The notes under the pieces: model-generated | What the model saw: the letters and a program-made list of their open reading frames with translations, nothing else | What the model was told of the DNA's origin: nothing | The model's database searches: none | Part shown: positions 62,939 through 64,000 of the stretch, one piece after another | Layout: the number at the start of each line of letters is the position of its first letter | How positions within the stretch are numbered: the stretch's first letter is position 1 | From: Chiloscyllium plagiosum | Lineage: Eukaryota | DNA: 64,000 nucleotides | Assembly (NCBI RefSeq): GCF_004010195.1 | Contig: NC_057718.1 | Coordinates: 29,413,206-29,477,205, forward strand | Direction: 5' to 3' | Position numbers and translations under genes: made by a program

Positions 62939-63029
62939 TGAAAAACCTCAAAAGATAATAGTACATTTGATCCCGGTCACATTCAAATAGCTTCTGCGTC
63001 ATTTCCACCATGTTCTCAAGTGCTTCAAC
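62939..63029 (-). CDS. LRPPRC: LRPPRC internal coding exon (approx. human exon 27)
   Basis: Minus strand cttcag|gtt ... ttca|gtgagt; 91 nt; [30 protein letters not shown]. Confidence 0.95.
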
Positions 63030-63299
63030 CTGAAGCGAATTAAGAAAATATTTCAGAATTCAAAGATCTAAAGTAAACAAATTTTGTTAATACTGAAAGA
63101 CTTCCACACGGTCTTATGATAATGGATCTTATAAAAAGGAATTGCAAGTTTTGTTTTAATTATTGAGATGACTCACTTGGATTGGCAACGTACTACAGAT
63201 AACAGGGCAGATGCAGGAAGATTTCTTTCCAGAGTTCTATAAAATGACATTGAACAGCAGAAGGAAAGTGCCGTTCTTCCATCAAGCCTGATTTACCAT

Positions 63300-64000
63300 T
63301 TGAAAAGATCATTGCTCATCCAATGTTGGCCTCAACCGCACTTTCCTGCCTATCCCCTATAATCCTCGTCTCCGACTCAAGGATCCAGCCTCAACTACTC
63401 TGTGAAAGGGATTTCTAAACGATCATGGCCCTTGGAAGAAATTATTCCTCATCTCAATCTTAAATTGCAGGCAGCTTATTTTCAAACTGCATTCCCTTAG
63501 TTCTCGATTCCTGTTTAACAAAAAAACAAACATTCTCCACACATTCATCCTTTCAATCCCCTTTAAAATCTTACATATTACAAGGTCGACTTTTTTTAAA
63601 GCTCCAATGAGGATATGCCTTATTATAATCTTTCCTCAGAACACTACACTCTCCATCCCTGAAATCAGATTAGTGAACCCTCCCTGAATTGCTTCCCATG
63701 CAGTTAAGGAGACCAATACTTAACAGAATACTCAAGGTGCAGTCTCACCAATGCCTTTTGGTTTAGCAGCAAGGCTTCCCTTTTTTACTTCATCTCCCTT
63801 GCAATAAAGGTAAATTCAATTTGCCTTCCTCATTACTTGCTTTTACTGTATATTAATATTTTGTTAACACGGCCATGGATACTCATTTCTCTGTACCTCA
63901 ACCTCCGCAATCTCTCTCCATTTAAAATATATTTTGCATTCCTATTCTTACTGGAAAAGTGATCATCATATTTTGCCACAACATACTCCATCTGTCACTT
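63300..64000 (-). mobile_element. CR1 LINE 3' fragment running off the window
   Basis: Reverse complement of CR1 3' motifs (aaattattcctcatctcaatcttaaa; cagaatactcaaggtgcagtctcacca). Confidence 0.7.

Noticed and set aside
1..64000. Prokaryotic-type systems (operons, CRISPR-Cas, defence islands) or endogenous viral genes
   Set aside because: No long uninterrupted ORFs beyond LINE fragments; the recognisable coding signal is explained by spliced vertebrate genes and retroelements

Overview
AT-rich, intron-containing vertebrate DNA, very probably from a cartilaginous fish (shark). That inference rests on HE1/V-SINE-type SINEs, CR1-like LINEs and Deu-domain SINEs. The window holds the 3' ends of two convergent genes. 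ABCG8 has its last five coding exons on + (1374..13994). LRPPRC has its last twelve coding exons on - (63029 down to 30651). All have canonical GT-AG sites and phase-consistent joins, and the tail-to-tail order matches the human locus. The rest is mostly transposon-derived: CR1, RTE, Tx1 and Rex1 LINE fragments, tRNA-derived SINEs and a TIR element. The most notable signal is a set of short, often palindromic, TSD-flanked Penelope-derived elements from three sequence families. They carry minimal type-I hammerhead-ribozyme motifs (CUGANGA-A-stem-GAAA-palindrome), with one fully intact copy at 27573..27608 next to a GIY-YIG endonuclease fragment. Human exon numbers and repeat family names are from memory, not from searches. 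Repeat boundaries are approximate.
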